Positions 34,366-48,641 of a stretch of DNA of 61,428 nt are shown here, one piece after another. The stretch comes from Octopus bimaculoides (taxonomy: Eukaryota). The stretch covers positions 37,015,305 to 37,076,732 of the forward strand of contig NC_068989.1 of NCBI RefSeq assembly GCF_001194135.2, written 5' to 3'. A program made the position numbers and the translations under genes. The first letter of the stretch is position 1, and each line of letters starts with the position of its first letter. Under the pieces are notes generated by a model, which made no database searches, was not told the origin of the DNA, and worked only from the letters and a program-made list of their open reading frames with translations.

Positions 34366-35841
34366 GAGTCTATTGTTTATGTATGCCAACGTTAAATCTA
34401 TGTATTTGTTTATCTAATTCACTAAAATCCCAAGATTTACTTTACAATCGATAACAGATCATGGCTAAATCCTGTTAAAGTAATATGACTTTAGCACATA
34501 TGAAGATGAATGACTAGACTGCTGCTAAATTCTTTCTTGCAGTATTTAACTGGTTTTAATAATAGACTTCAAATCATGTTTGGGCATCACCTTTAAAGGG
34601 TTTTATTCAGTCATAACCCCGCCTCGGCAGTTAAGATTTTTGGCTATATTGCACATGAGAGACAGCTGGTAAGTTAGACATTAAATTCTAAGGGAGTGGG
34701 GAAGAAAGATTTAAAAAAAAAGGCTAGCTCTCCTATCTTAACTCAGTCCTTTTAGGCAAACTACACTATGTCAAGTAACGTAATTTTTCTACCTTACATA
34801 TTTTAATTTGGTCTATATCTATGAAGGAAACGATATCAACCAGTGACAAATAGGAAAAATATTTGGAGAAAAATATGACTGAGAGAAAATTCCCCTTTTA
34901 AGCTCTTGCATCATAGCAATTTTTCTTACATACTCCAATCTTACAAACCAAGCCTTTTAAACAATTTTCTTTTTCTTATATGAAAAGAAAAAGACAAATT
35001 AACTATAGAAAACGTATTGAGTTAGAAGACAGTCATTTTTTAATAAATAACTTTTGTACATCTAGAGTAGAACCGTTACAATTGCTCAAAATTAGCAGGA
35101 TTATACTCTGATTTCGAAGAGAAATAATAAAAGGAAACGGCATGAAACAACATAATGTGCAAAGGGAAGTGTCTTCCATAGTAATTTGAAACTTCATTAT
35201 GGTAAATAAAAGGTGAAAATAAATTATAAATGAGGTGACAACACCGCCAAATATAATTTTAGATTTTAGTGACTATTAATTGCCATTGATTGTATTGAGA
35301 AAAAAATCCATGCACACACCCATTAAATTGAAACCAAGAAAATTCAGCAAGGTAGACTACTTCTTGTTATATTCATTCTTTATTAGATAACATTGACTTC
35401 TTTCAGGCAGGAAAGCCTATATAATTCTAAGAGATGATTATGTATTTCAACAGTCAAATGAAAATCAGTCACTTGAAATAAAAGATTTGATAGGACGGGA
35501 GAAAAAATTGCATAGGTTTGATAATTGGCCCTAAACAAGTATATTTTCTTTAAAAATTTTAAGCATTGATTTCTATGAATTATTTATAAAATCTCAAGCC
35601 CTTTGAACATAGGCTAAAGTAAGTATAGAGTGTGAGAAGTATTAGGAAGACAGGGCAATGACTTAAGATATGGTTAAAACAAACACTGAAACAGAAATAA
35701 AAGGGGGACGAGGGGACTGATGCAAGAATACAAATAAATTATTTTTCCTCATTACCGTCCTCTTTTATTGAACCATGTTTCACAATATCGGTTTTACAAC
35801 ATTAGACATAAGCATAGATGTGAGTATACAAGCTTACACAC

Positions 35842-35918
<77 letters not shown>

Positions 35919-36389
35919 NNNNNNNNNNNNNNNNNNNNNNNNNNNNNNNNNNNNNNNNNNNNNNNNNNNNNNNNNNNNNNNNNNNNNNNNNNNNNNNNNN
36001 NNNNNNNNNNNNNNNNNNNNNNNNNNNNNNNNNNNNNNNNNNNNNNNNNNNNNNNNNNNNNNNNNNNNNNNNNNNNNNNNNNNNNNNNNNNNNNNNNNNN
36101 NNNNNNNNNNNNNNNNNNNNNNNNNNNNNNNNNNNNNNNNNNNNNNNNNNNNNNNNNNNNNNNNNNNNNNNNNNNNNNNNNNNNNNNNNNNNNNNNNNNN
36201 NNNNNNNNNNNNNNNNNNNNNNNNNNNNNNNNNNNNNNNNNNNNNNNNNNNNNNNNNNNNNNNNNNNNNNNNNNNNNNNNNNNNNNNNNNNNNNNNNNNN
36301 NNNNNNNNNNNNNNNNNNNNNNNNNNNNNNNNNNNNNNNNNNNNNNNNNNNNNNNNNNNNNNNNNNNNNNNNNNNNNNNNNNNNNNNNN

Positions 36390-36465
36390 ACTATGTGGTT
36401 GGGAAGCAAGCCTCTTACTACATAGTCACGCCTATGCATGTGTGTGCGTGTGAGTGTGTGTGTGC

Positions 36466-36512
<47 letters not shown>

Positions 36513-36755
36513 TGCGTGTGTCTTTGTGTCTATTTTTTTTACAGTAACGCTTGACAACTTGTGTGGTTGCGATTAAGTCACTGTAACCTAGTGGTTCGGC
36601 AAAACGGACCGATGGAATAAGTACCAGGCTCAACAAAATGTAAAGACTGAGGTCAGTTCATTCTATTAGAAACAAATTCTTCAAGGCGGTGCCCCAGCAT
36701 GACTGCAGTCTAATGAATGAAACAAATAAAGAATAAAATGTAAGATAGAAAAGAT
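36390..36755. mobile_element. SINE family B pieces: head of a minus copy (36390-36437) and 3' half of a plus copy (36510-36755)
   Basis: Both match the other family B copies in the window. Confidence 0.8.
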
Positions 36756-37481
36756 ACCCTTTCTGGGAGGGATGCAGGGGTTTGCTTGGCATCATGGGAA
36801 ATAGAAGACGGAAGGCCAACAATCTGGTTGTGTAGGCAGCGGAGGTTACCGAAAACTGACTGTGGATCAGGAAATGCGAGTCCTGGAAGGGATAGTGCTT
36901 ACTGGACACAGCCCGGGTTTTGATCAACTTCCGTTGGGTCATCTAGGTGAGAGTATCTGATGCTGAAAGACCCGGAGCACCTAATGAACCCAGGTAACAT
37001 CAATTACGGATGATGTATCAAGGGGCATGACAAGATTAAGTATGGGAAAACGATACGCACACACACGTGTATATATATATATCATTTAGTATACACAGGA
37101 TTTAAATGCGAGATATAAGTTTAATGTTTCTGATAATACAATAGTCTGACGAGCTTGTATAGCGTGCCGTGAACTATGGAGCTAAAAAAATATGTGTATG
37201 TACGTACATACATACATACATACACACGTGCATACATACATACATACATACATACATACGTACATACATACACACATACATACATACACACATATACATA
37301 TTTAGATAAATAGAGCGATAAATATATAGAGCGACAGAAGTAGCATTAATACCAAAAGATAAAATATTCACCTTAAAAGTGGATGTTGCTTTAGAATACA
37401 GAAAAACTACGATATTTATCGAGAACTCTTATATGATTTAACGCAACATCCACTTTTAAGTGGTGAATACACACACATACG

Positions 37482-37556
<75 letters not shown>

Positions 37557-37744
37557 AATTTTATTCTATTATTCCTTGATGCGTTTCAGCCCGAAGGCCG
37601 AATATATAGGAGAATTGGTTTAGGGAGTTGAAAATACACGTGAGTCTTAAAACGTTTTGCAGTTTTAAAATTTCGTAACAAATTTTTAAAAATACCGAAC
37701 CGGTTTCGAATACTTTTTGCTATTATATGGTAAATAAAAACAGT

Positions 37745-37920
37745 TTAGAAGAGATTGAAGGTACACAGGATAATTCGGAAAAACAGGCTTAATCCTATGC
37801 CCCGAATCGAATAACCAAAATACGAATTTTTCCCTCTATATCAATGCATCGGAAACACTTCAGTGCAATTCCGATTGAATTTGGAAAATATGTTTAGTAA
37901 GAAATATAAACTACAACTAA
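37745..37920 (+). mobile_element. Penelope-like GIY-YIG C-terminal fragment (followed by ~1 kb putative 3' UTR/pLTR)
   Basis: KRLKVHR...YEFFPLYQC...RLNLENMFSKKYKLQLN parallels LTVHKQQI...IFPFY...KEKLFITKYKP.LN of the 40.3-kb copy. Confidence 0.6.
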
Positions 37921-39174
37921 ATACCCTGTAACAACACACCAGAACGAGAAAACTCAATTTATTCGCAGCAAACAACTAGAAACAATAGGCATAAATCAAA
38001 AGTTTAAAGAACGAGTTGCTTCCAGGTTTTGGAACTCTCACTTCAAGCATCTGTACTGTAATACCCTGTACCTTCTCACATACCGTTTGCTGACGTCACC
38101 TTAGGCTTAACCAATTAGATTTTTTTCTGGTCAAAACCAAGCCCTCATGAAAAACCAAATAGATATTCAGGTGACCGAGAACAGTGGCTTCTTAAGGGAA
38201 TCAACCAACTGGAACACTGGACGATAGACAAAAACAAGTCACCAACACCTTTGACAAAAACAAATGACGTATTCAGAAAATCGATCAAGCAGAGCACTAG
38301 ATCTCAATTGGTCAAAAGCAAGTGATGAAAACAGTCGATAAACAATTGACGTCACAAGGACGTCACAAGGAAGCCAAGCAGAACGTTGGACCTCTGCCAA
38401 ACCAATATATGTGACCAGAACATCCGAAAAATGACATTCAGGCAGTCAGCCAGCCAGAATATTAGACCACAGGCTGACAAAAACGAGTGACATCATTAAA
38501 TTTATAATCAAGTAGAACTTGAGCCTTTACTTTAAAAAATCTACATATACAAAGCAATTTCAGCTTAAAACAGTTCAAGCTCTCCCCAGCAAAACCAGCG
38601 ACGAAGAATCCCCCTCCATGCACTACGACAGAAATTGTATAAAAACTTTTTTCTTTCTTCTCATTTATTTTCTTACTTGTTAATATAATTCAATGTTACT
38701 AAACTTTCAATCATGTATAACTGCTATGAAATTCATCGAACATTTGAACTTATATTAAAGTCTATCTCTGTGTTTCACTGAATATTGGAATTTGAATGAA
38801 AATTTGATCTTTTAATCATGGTTTTTCCGAATTTTCCCTAGTTCCGTTAATCTCACCAAAACTTTTTTTTCCTTTCATTGAAAAGCCAAAAATTGTCGAA
38901 ACCAGTCTGATAATTAAAACGTTGTTACAAAATTTAAAAAGTACAACACGTTTTAAAATTCAGTTTTATTTCCATCCCTCCCACCAACTCTCCTATATTC
39001 TTTCCTGTGGAACTATTATGTTATTTTGTTTGTTATTAAACTTTGTTAATTTGTCGAAAGAGGAGTCCTTATGATCTTTTGTGTCTTATATTATTAATTT
39101 GCTCAGCTATGTCAGACGTCCACCCACCTATAGTCCGTTCTTCCTGCCGTGTGTGTGTGTGTGCGTGTGTGTGC

Positions 39175-39279
<105 letters not shown>

Positions 39280-39370
39280 GTCTGTGATACTTGTGTTGAC
39301 TGCAGCCACATGAAGTGTAATACTTTGCTCAAAGACAGTTCAAGCATTATAATCGTAAGTTGAACAGCCT

Positions 39371-39425
39371 AACCACGCTAATATCTGAACCACGCCAATA
39401 TCTGAACTACGTTAATATCTGAACC
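39371..39425. repeat. 17-bp tandem triplication
   Basis: aaccacgctaatatctg / aaccacgccaatatctg / aactacgttaatatctg, at the break of the adjacent RTE fragment. Confidence 0.95.
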
Positions 39426-39835
39426 CGCTTTCAGTATTCTGCGATCACGTCGCTGACTCTGCTCCGTTCTCGAATTACCTCATTTTAGACATGCTCCCGC
39501 AATGATATTCCTAGCATGGGTCTTTCCCCAGCCCTTTGCATCGTAGCCAATCTATATTCTTTCCCCTTCCTAATAACCCATGTATAAGAGCACAACAAGG
39601 ACGGTGCTTGTCTGGCATGTGTCTTCTTGCCCAGCTTTGCTTTGCGCACATCCCTTATTGAGGTAAACGCCTTTCATTTTGCCTTTATTCTTTTCCAGAT
39701 TTCAGCATCCATATCTCGATGCATATTTACTGTGTGCCCTACGTACACCTAATCCTTTGTCTCCTCGATGTCATTGCTTCCTTCCGGTATTCAGTCTCGT
39801 GTCACGTTTTCGGACCGCATGTATTTTGTTTTCAT
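39426..39835 (-). mobile_element. RTE-clade LINE RT C-terminal fragment
   Basis: IEETKD*VYVGHTV...EIWKRIKAK*KAF...RLATMQRAGERPMLGISLREHV*NEVIRERSRVSDVI. Confidence 0.85.
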
Positions 39836-39868
39836 GTGGTTCATTTTATATCTGTATATACAAGTACA

Positions 39869-40004
<136 letters not shown>

Positions 40005-40349
40005 CAGACACAGACACAGACACAGACACACAGAAACACAGACACACAGACACACACACACACACCACACCACACACACACACACAGAGATACAGACAGA
40101 CACACCCACCTACATACTCACACACAGAGTAAAAAGTCGTTAGATGTTTATGTAGAGGTTGTGTTATACAAACAAAAGATGGCAGAAAATGTACAATAAC
40201 ATTAATAGAATTATTGTAATCTTTTTAGACAAAACAAAGAAATAAAAACAAGTGTAACAGTTCATTTAAATATTTCATTTAGGTATATTAAATCTTTTCC
40301 TAACTTACATATAACTGGTTTCATCTCTTTAACTTAGCAAAAAGAATTT

Positions 40350-40935
40350 TTAACTAAAGAAACAATGAAATATTTAGCGACACATAAAACAACATACCTA
40401 GTCTGCTTGAAGACCCCAAAACGAAAAAGTCCTAGAAAATCAACTCTTTATCAAAAGCAAAAAGCAAACTGAAGACTTTGAAGAACATTTTAACAACAGG
40501 TTTTCGAACAAGCAAACGTTTTCGAACAAGTACCAAAACCCCTTGCATATTAAATGTGGTAGACTAAACTATGAAACATATCTGTACTTAACCGAAGGCT
40601 CGGAATTCAAATTTAAGGTTGGACAAGTCTTGAAAACAAGGAAATTTTCACTTACAACTCTCCAAATATAATTTATGCCATAACATGCAGTGGATGCTTG
40701 CATAACTACATCGTACTCACGGGTTTATTGCTTCACAGAAAATTGACGGTGCACAAGCAACAAATAAATAATTAAAAGAGTCAGGAAAATTCTGTTAATC
40801 GGGCAATTAGTAACATGTGCTGGAATAGAACAGCTGATTCTTAAAATATTTCCATTTTACTAGTATTCGGTCTCTATCACGAAACTACAACGAATAAACA
40901 AAGAAAAACTATTTATTACAAAATATAAACCATGA
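40350..40935 (+). mobile_element. Penelope-like element 3' fragment with GIY-YIG endonuclease
   Basis: IKSKKQ...NIIYAITCSGCLHNYIVLTGLLLHRKLTVHKQQI...KIFPFY...KEKLFITKYKP*LN. Confidence 0.82.
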
Positions 40936-41042
40936 CTGAATGACTGACAAGCAATTTCCTTGACTGAAGGGAAACCCAGATACACTTACAAGGACACATA
41001 CACGCACCATTCACATACTGTTTGGATATATACAATATATAG

Positions 41043-41097
<55 letters not shown>

Positions 41098-41727
41098 ATG
41101 TGTGCGTGTACGAGTAAGTGTGTGTGTCTGTATGTCTTTCTATGTCATAAAGACGGTTCAATTGTTAGTAATAATATACATAGAATCCTTAAATATTTAC
41201 AACTTGCTGACAACAAAATCCACCTAATCAGAGAGAAGATTGATTTGCTCATATAAATATCTATCTGATTCCCTCAATGTAGCTACCTATAAATATCTTT
41301 AAGGCAATCTTACGTTAAAAAATTCTCGACTCAACACTAACCGCTTACTTTACTGCTTAAAGGCTGGTATCCTTTCATTATTTGTCTTGTAACCCTAGTT
41401 TTTCGCCCAGCTACAAAAATTCCGGCTATATATATTCCAAACACCATAAATATTTTCAAAAGATGAACCCACCTCTGAATGGATGAAACCGGTTACATGT
41501 GAATTAAAAAAGAGCTACTATATCTAAATGAAATATTTAAACGAAATGTAACAGTTGTTTTTGTTTTCTTATTTTATTTAAAACGTTCACAATAATTCTT
41601 TTTATGTTATTGAACATTTCAGCTATCACACACACACGCACGCATACACACACATACACACACAGCATACACACAGACACACACACACATATAAGTATAT
41701 ATATGTATATATATATATCATAAATAT

Positions 41728-41895
41728 ACAGGGATTAGCATTGAGTTGCTTCTCCAACATACTGAAAATTTAGAAATAGCAGTCAAAGAACTGCTGATTC
41801 TAAACTACAAATTTTTCTCTAAATGGATGGCGATATTTGACTGCTATTTCTAAATTTTCAGTATGTTGGAGAAGCAACTCAATGCTAATCCCTGT
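41728..41895. mobile_element. Perfect 60-bp inverted repeat (MITE-like hairpin, TA-flanked)
   Basis: 41728-41787 is the exact reverse complement of 41836-41895, with a 48-nt loop. Ends read TA|CAGGG...CCCTG|T(N). Confidence 0.7.
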
Positions 41896-42612
41896 NNNNN
41901 NNNNNNNNNNNNNNNNNNNNNNNNNNNNNNNNNNNNNNNNNNNNNNNNNNNNNNNNNNNNNNNNNNNNNNNNNNNNNNNNNNNNNNNNNNNNNNNNNNNN
42001 NNNNNNNNNNNNNNNNNNNNNNNNNNNNNNNNNNNNNNNNNNNNNNNNNNNNNNNNNNNNNNNNNNNNNNNNNNTATATATATATATATATAAATATATA
42101 TTTATATATTATATGTATGTATACACACACACACACACACACACACTCACATATATATATATACATACGTACATATATTCAGATGCAAAAAAAGGCGAAA
42201 AAGAAATATGGAATCTGAAGTCTTATTCAGAGATTATCTGACATATTTACAACAGCAGATAAAGTTTTTTTTGCAGTGAAATGGGATTGCATTACTTATA
42301 GAACTTGTTTTTATGAGAGAGATATATTTGTAAAACATATCTATGATTACCGTTCCGTGAAGGCGAACAAACAATGGAAATGTTATCAATATTATTCATG
42401 AATGATACAGATCTGAGTCCTCGGACTCCATGCATATTCTGAGTTAAGCAGTGTCTGCTAACCTTTCGTGTAGACTCTACATTCTACACATTTCCAAAGC
42501 AGATGTTAAATACCAGAATGTTTAATGCAGGGAGCATAAAAAAAGTTAACTAGAAATCAACACATGTAATGAATAAAAAATGATATTAGACAAAGGCAAA
42601 TATTATTTTCAT

Positions 42613-45336
42613 CAGGTTTGCCACTTATAAAATAATAAAACACCCAGATTATTTGCTGCAAAAAAACCCCAAAAAACCCCACATCCTATTTTATAAACCC
42701 AGATGTTAGAAAATAGGTATATAATTGGTAATTCAATGATAAAATATGTTATATGACAAAATGAATACAGGATTCAATACTTACTTTATGTCATATGGCA
42801 GCTAATTGTCAATTTCGTACATATCCACATCATCTTCATCCACTCCTTCAATGGTGATAGACTCATTCTCTTCCATATTGAAGTTCAATCTACTCGAATA
42901 TCTACGGTGACAAGACCCATCTACTACATCTTTAATAAGTTTAGCGTTCTTGTAATTGCTTGTTTAGCGAGAGACGATCGGTGATCGTTTCGGCCTTCAA
43001 CATATTAGTGAACTTTGTCTTTGTGTAATTTACTTGGGAAAATATGCACTCCACGCACGCTGATGAATGAGGTAACACCGTTAAATTAGTCATGAATTGT
43101 GACAGCCTCTCAAATTATTAGAGTGGTCAAGCCCGTCTTTAAGAATGCGTATGGAATGCCAGAATTCAGGGATGCTTTTTTGAGGAAACAGGAATATCAT
43201 CATATTGCGAAATAATCTCTACTCATCGTCTAGTTCATCAAGTGTGTTTTCAGTTGCAGTTGCTGGAAAGTTTGATGCCAAGGGAATTATTGACTGAGGA
43301 CAGTTAGTAAGCTCGCGCGCTAATTTTGGATCAAGTATTTCTAAGAGGACAAATACTCCAGCTTCACCGAGAGGAAAGTGCATTTTTATTTGAGAAAATA
43401 ATTCTATTAAAAGATTTTGCGATCAGTTCTGAATTTATCAGAGTCACCAACGATGAAGTTTCGTTCTAGATATCTCATTACGCAACCTCCGAGGTAAATA
43501 TCATTCATATCTTTGTGATTTGTTCTTATTAAGATCAATATCTGATAATTTAGATAAAGAGAAAACACCCTCCTTTATAAAGCAACTAAGGATACTTTCA
43601 TATTCACTGGATATGAGTGTATGCAACAGATGCAGTCGGAAGTGTTCCGATTGAAACTCGACATTAAGAGCATTTACTGTCTTTAATATATAATGTAAGA
43701 AGAGCAGCATGTGCTTCGTCCCTTTGTTAATTATTGTTTCACAGATCCTTTTTGCTCCGTCCACTTTTTCTACTTTAGGCCCCTGACTGAAAATAAAGTA
43801 CAAAGGCATCCCACTGTCCTATTATAACGTTAATTACATTTTAACGTGCCAACCATCTAGTTTGCGAAAGCTTTGGAATCTTGTTTTCTTTTGTGCCAAC
43901 AACACTTTGTATCATATTGAAGTCATTTTGACGTTTGCTACTTCGAGAAAAGTAAGAAGTTAAGTCCTTTAAAAAGGACTCGAGATACGGAGGTAACACC
44001 TTCACTACATGACTTGAACAAAGTGCAAACGAATGACAAACACAGCCTATTGTAAATACAGTCGGAATATCGTTTCTCAATAACTTTTGAAACCTGCTCT
44101 TGTTACCTATCATTGTTGAGCAATTATCTCTGGCAAATCCAAGTATGTTACTCATAGATACATCTTCTTTTGTAAGCGTAGACTTGACAGCATTGTACAA
44201 ACCCTGAGACGAAACATTTTCTACAACAATTACATCCAGAAGAGCATTCTTGACATTAAGCAATTATTCATAAAAAAAGCGAACAACTATTGCTAAAAAT
44301 TGTGTCATTGAGATGTCCGTACTCTCATCTATCAATAATGAAACTTTTGTTTCTTGAGAATTTCCAGGATGTCATTTTGTTCATAATGTACAATTCCGTC
44401 TTGCATAATGTATGTTAATTTTTTTTTTTTCCATTTGTAGATTTTTAGCTGTTTCACTATCGAAAAGGCCTTTTACAAATTTCAGCTAAGTGATTTATAT
44501 GGATGAAAGGTACGTGTTGTTCTGCAACATAACCTGTTAGTAGAAAGTCTGCCTTAGTTACTTTTTCATTTAATGTATAATCTATTTAAAAAAAAAAAAA
44601 ATGAATCTAATTTAATTGCAGATTTCGCACAATCAAAAGCTTTCTTGTGTTTGGTAGTGTTTTTATGAGCTAACAGCATTGATTGGTTAGCATTTTTCAA
44701 CACAACGTTGCAACAAACGCAGTGGCAGGTGTCAGGATTTTTATCAAATTGCCGTAACCAATCTTTAAGCTGAGCATCCTCCAATCACGACTTCTTGAAA
44801 TTTTGGGTGTACCACTTTCTCTTTTTGGATACACTATTGTCTGTCATTAAGTCGCAAAGGGTTACAAAACAAAAACACTCATTCAAAATGTTAAATTTTA
44901 AATAGCGAGTAACAATCGACGCGTACACCATCAACACAGTCAAGCTGTTAATGGCGGTGTCAGAGTACAGACAAGTGTGCAAGCGGCCACCAACTCGTTG
45001 AAACTTGTAGTTGCTCAGTATGATACAAGTATAAACAAATAATGAACGCGTACGATCGGTAATTACGTCACATACAATATTTATATCGATAAATTCATTA
45101 CGTAAGATGATTATAGATGATAAATAGGAAGTTTACAAAGTATTAGAAGAGGTGCAACTTTGGTACATATTGCATACAAAGAGTATGACACCGAATTCTC
45201 TTTAAAAGATAAGTTTGCAGCCAAAACTAACTTTAAAACCCAGATTTAATGTAAATTTGGAAATTAAAACTCATAAACCCATCATTACTCCAAAAAACCC
45301 AGATTTAGGTGGAAAAACCCATCAGTGGCATCCTTG
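42613..45336 (-). mobile_element. hAT DNA transposon (decayed transposase) with TIRs and 8-bp TSD
   Basis: ATTTTCAT at 42605-42612 and 45337-45344. TIRs CAGGTTTGCCACT / CAAGGATGCCACT match at 10 of 13 positions. Minus-strand BED-type finger (C..C...H....H), IDESTD, D..STMIG, GCVCHS, LSQTRWL and LPHSSACVECIFS dimerisation motif, with stops and frameshifts. Confidence 0.95.
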
Positions 45337-47806
45337 ATTTTCATTATTTTTATTTACTTTTATATTAATTCAACATTGACTTGTGTATTGTTTTCTATGC
45401 AGATAAAGTCTTCGAATTATGAACGATAAAATTGACTGGATATGAATTTGTATTGTAATTAAATATTATAAACTTTGCTGTAATTAAATATTATAAACTT
45501 TATTGTCTTTATTAGCCTCAAACAACGGAAGCTCTGTTTTAATCAAAGAATCTTGAAACAGTTATGACCAGTAATATCCCAGATCTGTCTTGTCTTAATA
45601 ACATTAATAGTTCTTGGATAAAACAATGTACCGGGGCTTCACGTACAGAACCAAAACTTACATAGATTAGTATTGGATACCTAGATCCATGGGTCATCGG
45701 ATAACAACTAGGTGTGCTAATAGCCTAAGATGGTAGCTCCTGAATTAAGGAATTAAGGATGGTAGCTCCTGAACTGAACTCGCTTCAAACTTATAAAAGG
45801 AAACCAGAAAATTTGATTAAAATAACCATGTACGAGTGATGGCATTTTGTACCAGGCAGTAGTGCCATAACAGTGAGATCTGATTTTGGAAGAAGTATAT
45901 GTGGTTTTGTGAAAGACAGGAATTTTTAAAGATCAGATGAGATTTAATAAGTGGCAGTTTGTATCAATTCGTTTTAATGAAATCTATATAATTTATCGAT
46001 TCTCGGAGCTTTACGGTAATCTTATTTCCACGTGAATAAAGAATTAACTTCAATATGTTGAGCATGTCCGAATGTTAGGTGATATCAAGAATGTTTCTAT
46101 GGCATTACTAAATCGTTTGTCGCAATGACAAATAATTACTAGCAGGAAGATGGCTTCATTTGATATAAGGGAAATTTATTGTCAGAAATTTTCCAGTTAC
46201 ACCTAGAGATTGTCTTTGAGACGCGCAAGAGGAATCATTGTAAATTAATGAAGAGAATGAAACTTAAGCTGCATTTACCCATAATGACGAAAACCTTCCA
46301 TCGCATTGTTCATGAGATGTAGTTTTGATTTGGTACTGGAGTGGGGCGAAAAGGAGATCATGATTCACAGATTGCTGCAAACCACTACTTTGATCCCTTT
46401 AACTCAGCCGGATTTCAGTAATAGAAGGTGGGCTTCTTGGAATTTTGTGTTCGCTGTGCTGTCACAAACAAGGGGGAGAAAAGGATACGGGATTCTGCGT
46501 CAGTTGATAAGACAGGCCACTGAAGCATTACTCATTGAAACATTAATCAGAATAATTTTACCCCCGGTAAAACTATTCTGTAACTGATAAATACTACACT
46601 ATAATTCTTAACCCCAACAATTTTACGATGATAGAAATAACAATTATCATATCTTACAACAACTTCGATCTTCCTCTCAACCGTCAAAATAATAATTAAT
46701 CATTATACTGTACAACACATTGAGTCTCTCTCAGTATCATCTACCAACTAATATGGTGACGATTAGTTATTTGCTCCATCATTCTTCAAGCTCGGGGGGG
46801 GGGGGGTAGTTCCTGTTTCGCTTTTACCATGTCTTGGTTAAAAGTTGTAAGTAATATGCTTCTAAATGAATGAGTGTATAATTATAAGTTTATGACAAAA
46901 CTATAGATGAAACACTCATAAGACACACATTCTTCCTCTACTGTTTACATTCAATGATTCACTCTACCTACCTCTCTTCTATGTATGTATATACGTATAC
47001 ACACGTACACGCGTACACACACACACACATCATATATATTTAACATACGTACACGCACACGCACACGCACACGCACACGCACACACACACACGCACACAC
47101 GTATATATAGAAACGTGTAAACGCTTAAGTGAAAAACACAATGGAGATCATAGTACTTGAATACCAAAGGTAGAGTAAAATATAGTGTTTTGTTGAAGGT
47201 GAAGCAAAAGAATGGTTTTGTATGTTGTGATTACAATAAGTTGGCAAACACTGAAATAAAGATGTCAAGCTGATTCGACAGGGGTTGTCACACTTAGACA
47301 TCAACGGAATTTGCTGGATAATTCGATTAGCCGTTAACGAAAATAATATAACATTAATAACAAGTGAAATAAGGTCGAATAAAGCGAAGCATTAAGCATT
47401 GAAGAAGGGAAATATTTATATCCGCTGCCAAGAAAAAACGTCAGGCAAGAACTATCTTAGAATTTAAGAAACATAGACAAAGTAAGTGGACAATAAAATT
47501 AAAAACCAAAACAAAAGCAAAACAAGTTAATAAATAAATTGGTTAAGGTTAAAGGTGGTGAAAGAAGGTTTTATGTAAGAGAAGGCGATGCGAAGAAATA
47601 ACGAAAAAGAGAGAGATTTGTTGAGGAAAATATCAAGCTTTGGAAAAATGTGTGTACACAACATTGATAAATCGTGAATTACAACTTCAATTTGAAAAGG
47701 GCCATAGATACCGAGTTATACATTCATTCATTCATACACATACATACATACGTACATACATACATACATACGTGCGTGCATACATACATACATACGTGCG
47801 TGCGTG

Positions 47807-47849
<43 letters not shown>

Positions 47850-47850
<1 letters not shown>

Positions 47851-47969
47851 CTTTCATCTTTTACTTGCTTCAGTCATTAGATTGCGGCCATGCTGGAGTA
47901 TCGCTTTGAAGAATTTTCAGTCGAATGAATCGACACCAGTACTTATTTTCTTTATAAGCTCAGTACACA

Positions 47970-48044
<75 letters not shown>

Positions 48045-48229
48045 ACACACACATTCATACACATATATATAGGGCGGGCTTCTTTCAGTTACCGTCTACC
48101 AAATTCACTTTCAAGTCTTTGGTCGGCCCGAGGTTATAGCAGAAGATACTTGCCCAAAGTGATGCACAGTGGGACTGAACCCAAATCCATGTGGTTGGGA
48201 AGCAAGCTTCTTACTGCACAGCCACGCCT
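47850..48229 (-). mobile_element. SINE family B (deleted, expanded internal (CA)n)
   Basis: Head and 3' end match the copy at 32185-32616. Confidence 0.9.
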
Positions 48230-48604
48230 TATTTGGCTCCATGCGACTTAAAGTTTCGCAGGCTTCTAACCGAACGCTGGCTCGTTCAGGCTCAAATTTT
48301 CGAATGGAGAAATACAGGAAGTCTAAAATGGCTACAGGAAGAAGAAGGCGGCTCCTGCAAAATAGCCTGCTATTGGTTAAGGCGAGTCACATGGTGTTGT
48401 TAGAAGTAAGATCGGCGTTCAGCGACACCAAATGCATTAGGAAGAAGAATTTCTTGGGCTGTATGACTAGATAGGAAACTAGTGGCGACATGGGGCCTGA
48501 CGGGCCTTAGAGACATGAAAGCTGGCAGAAACAAGGCCGGCGAGAGTGCATGTGTATACCAGATGTGTGAGTGCGTTGATGTGTGCGTGTTATCGGTTAT
48601 TGGA

Positions 48605-48641
<37 letters not shown>

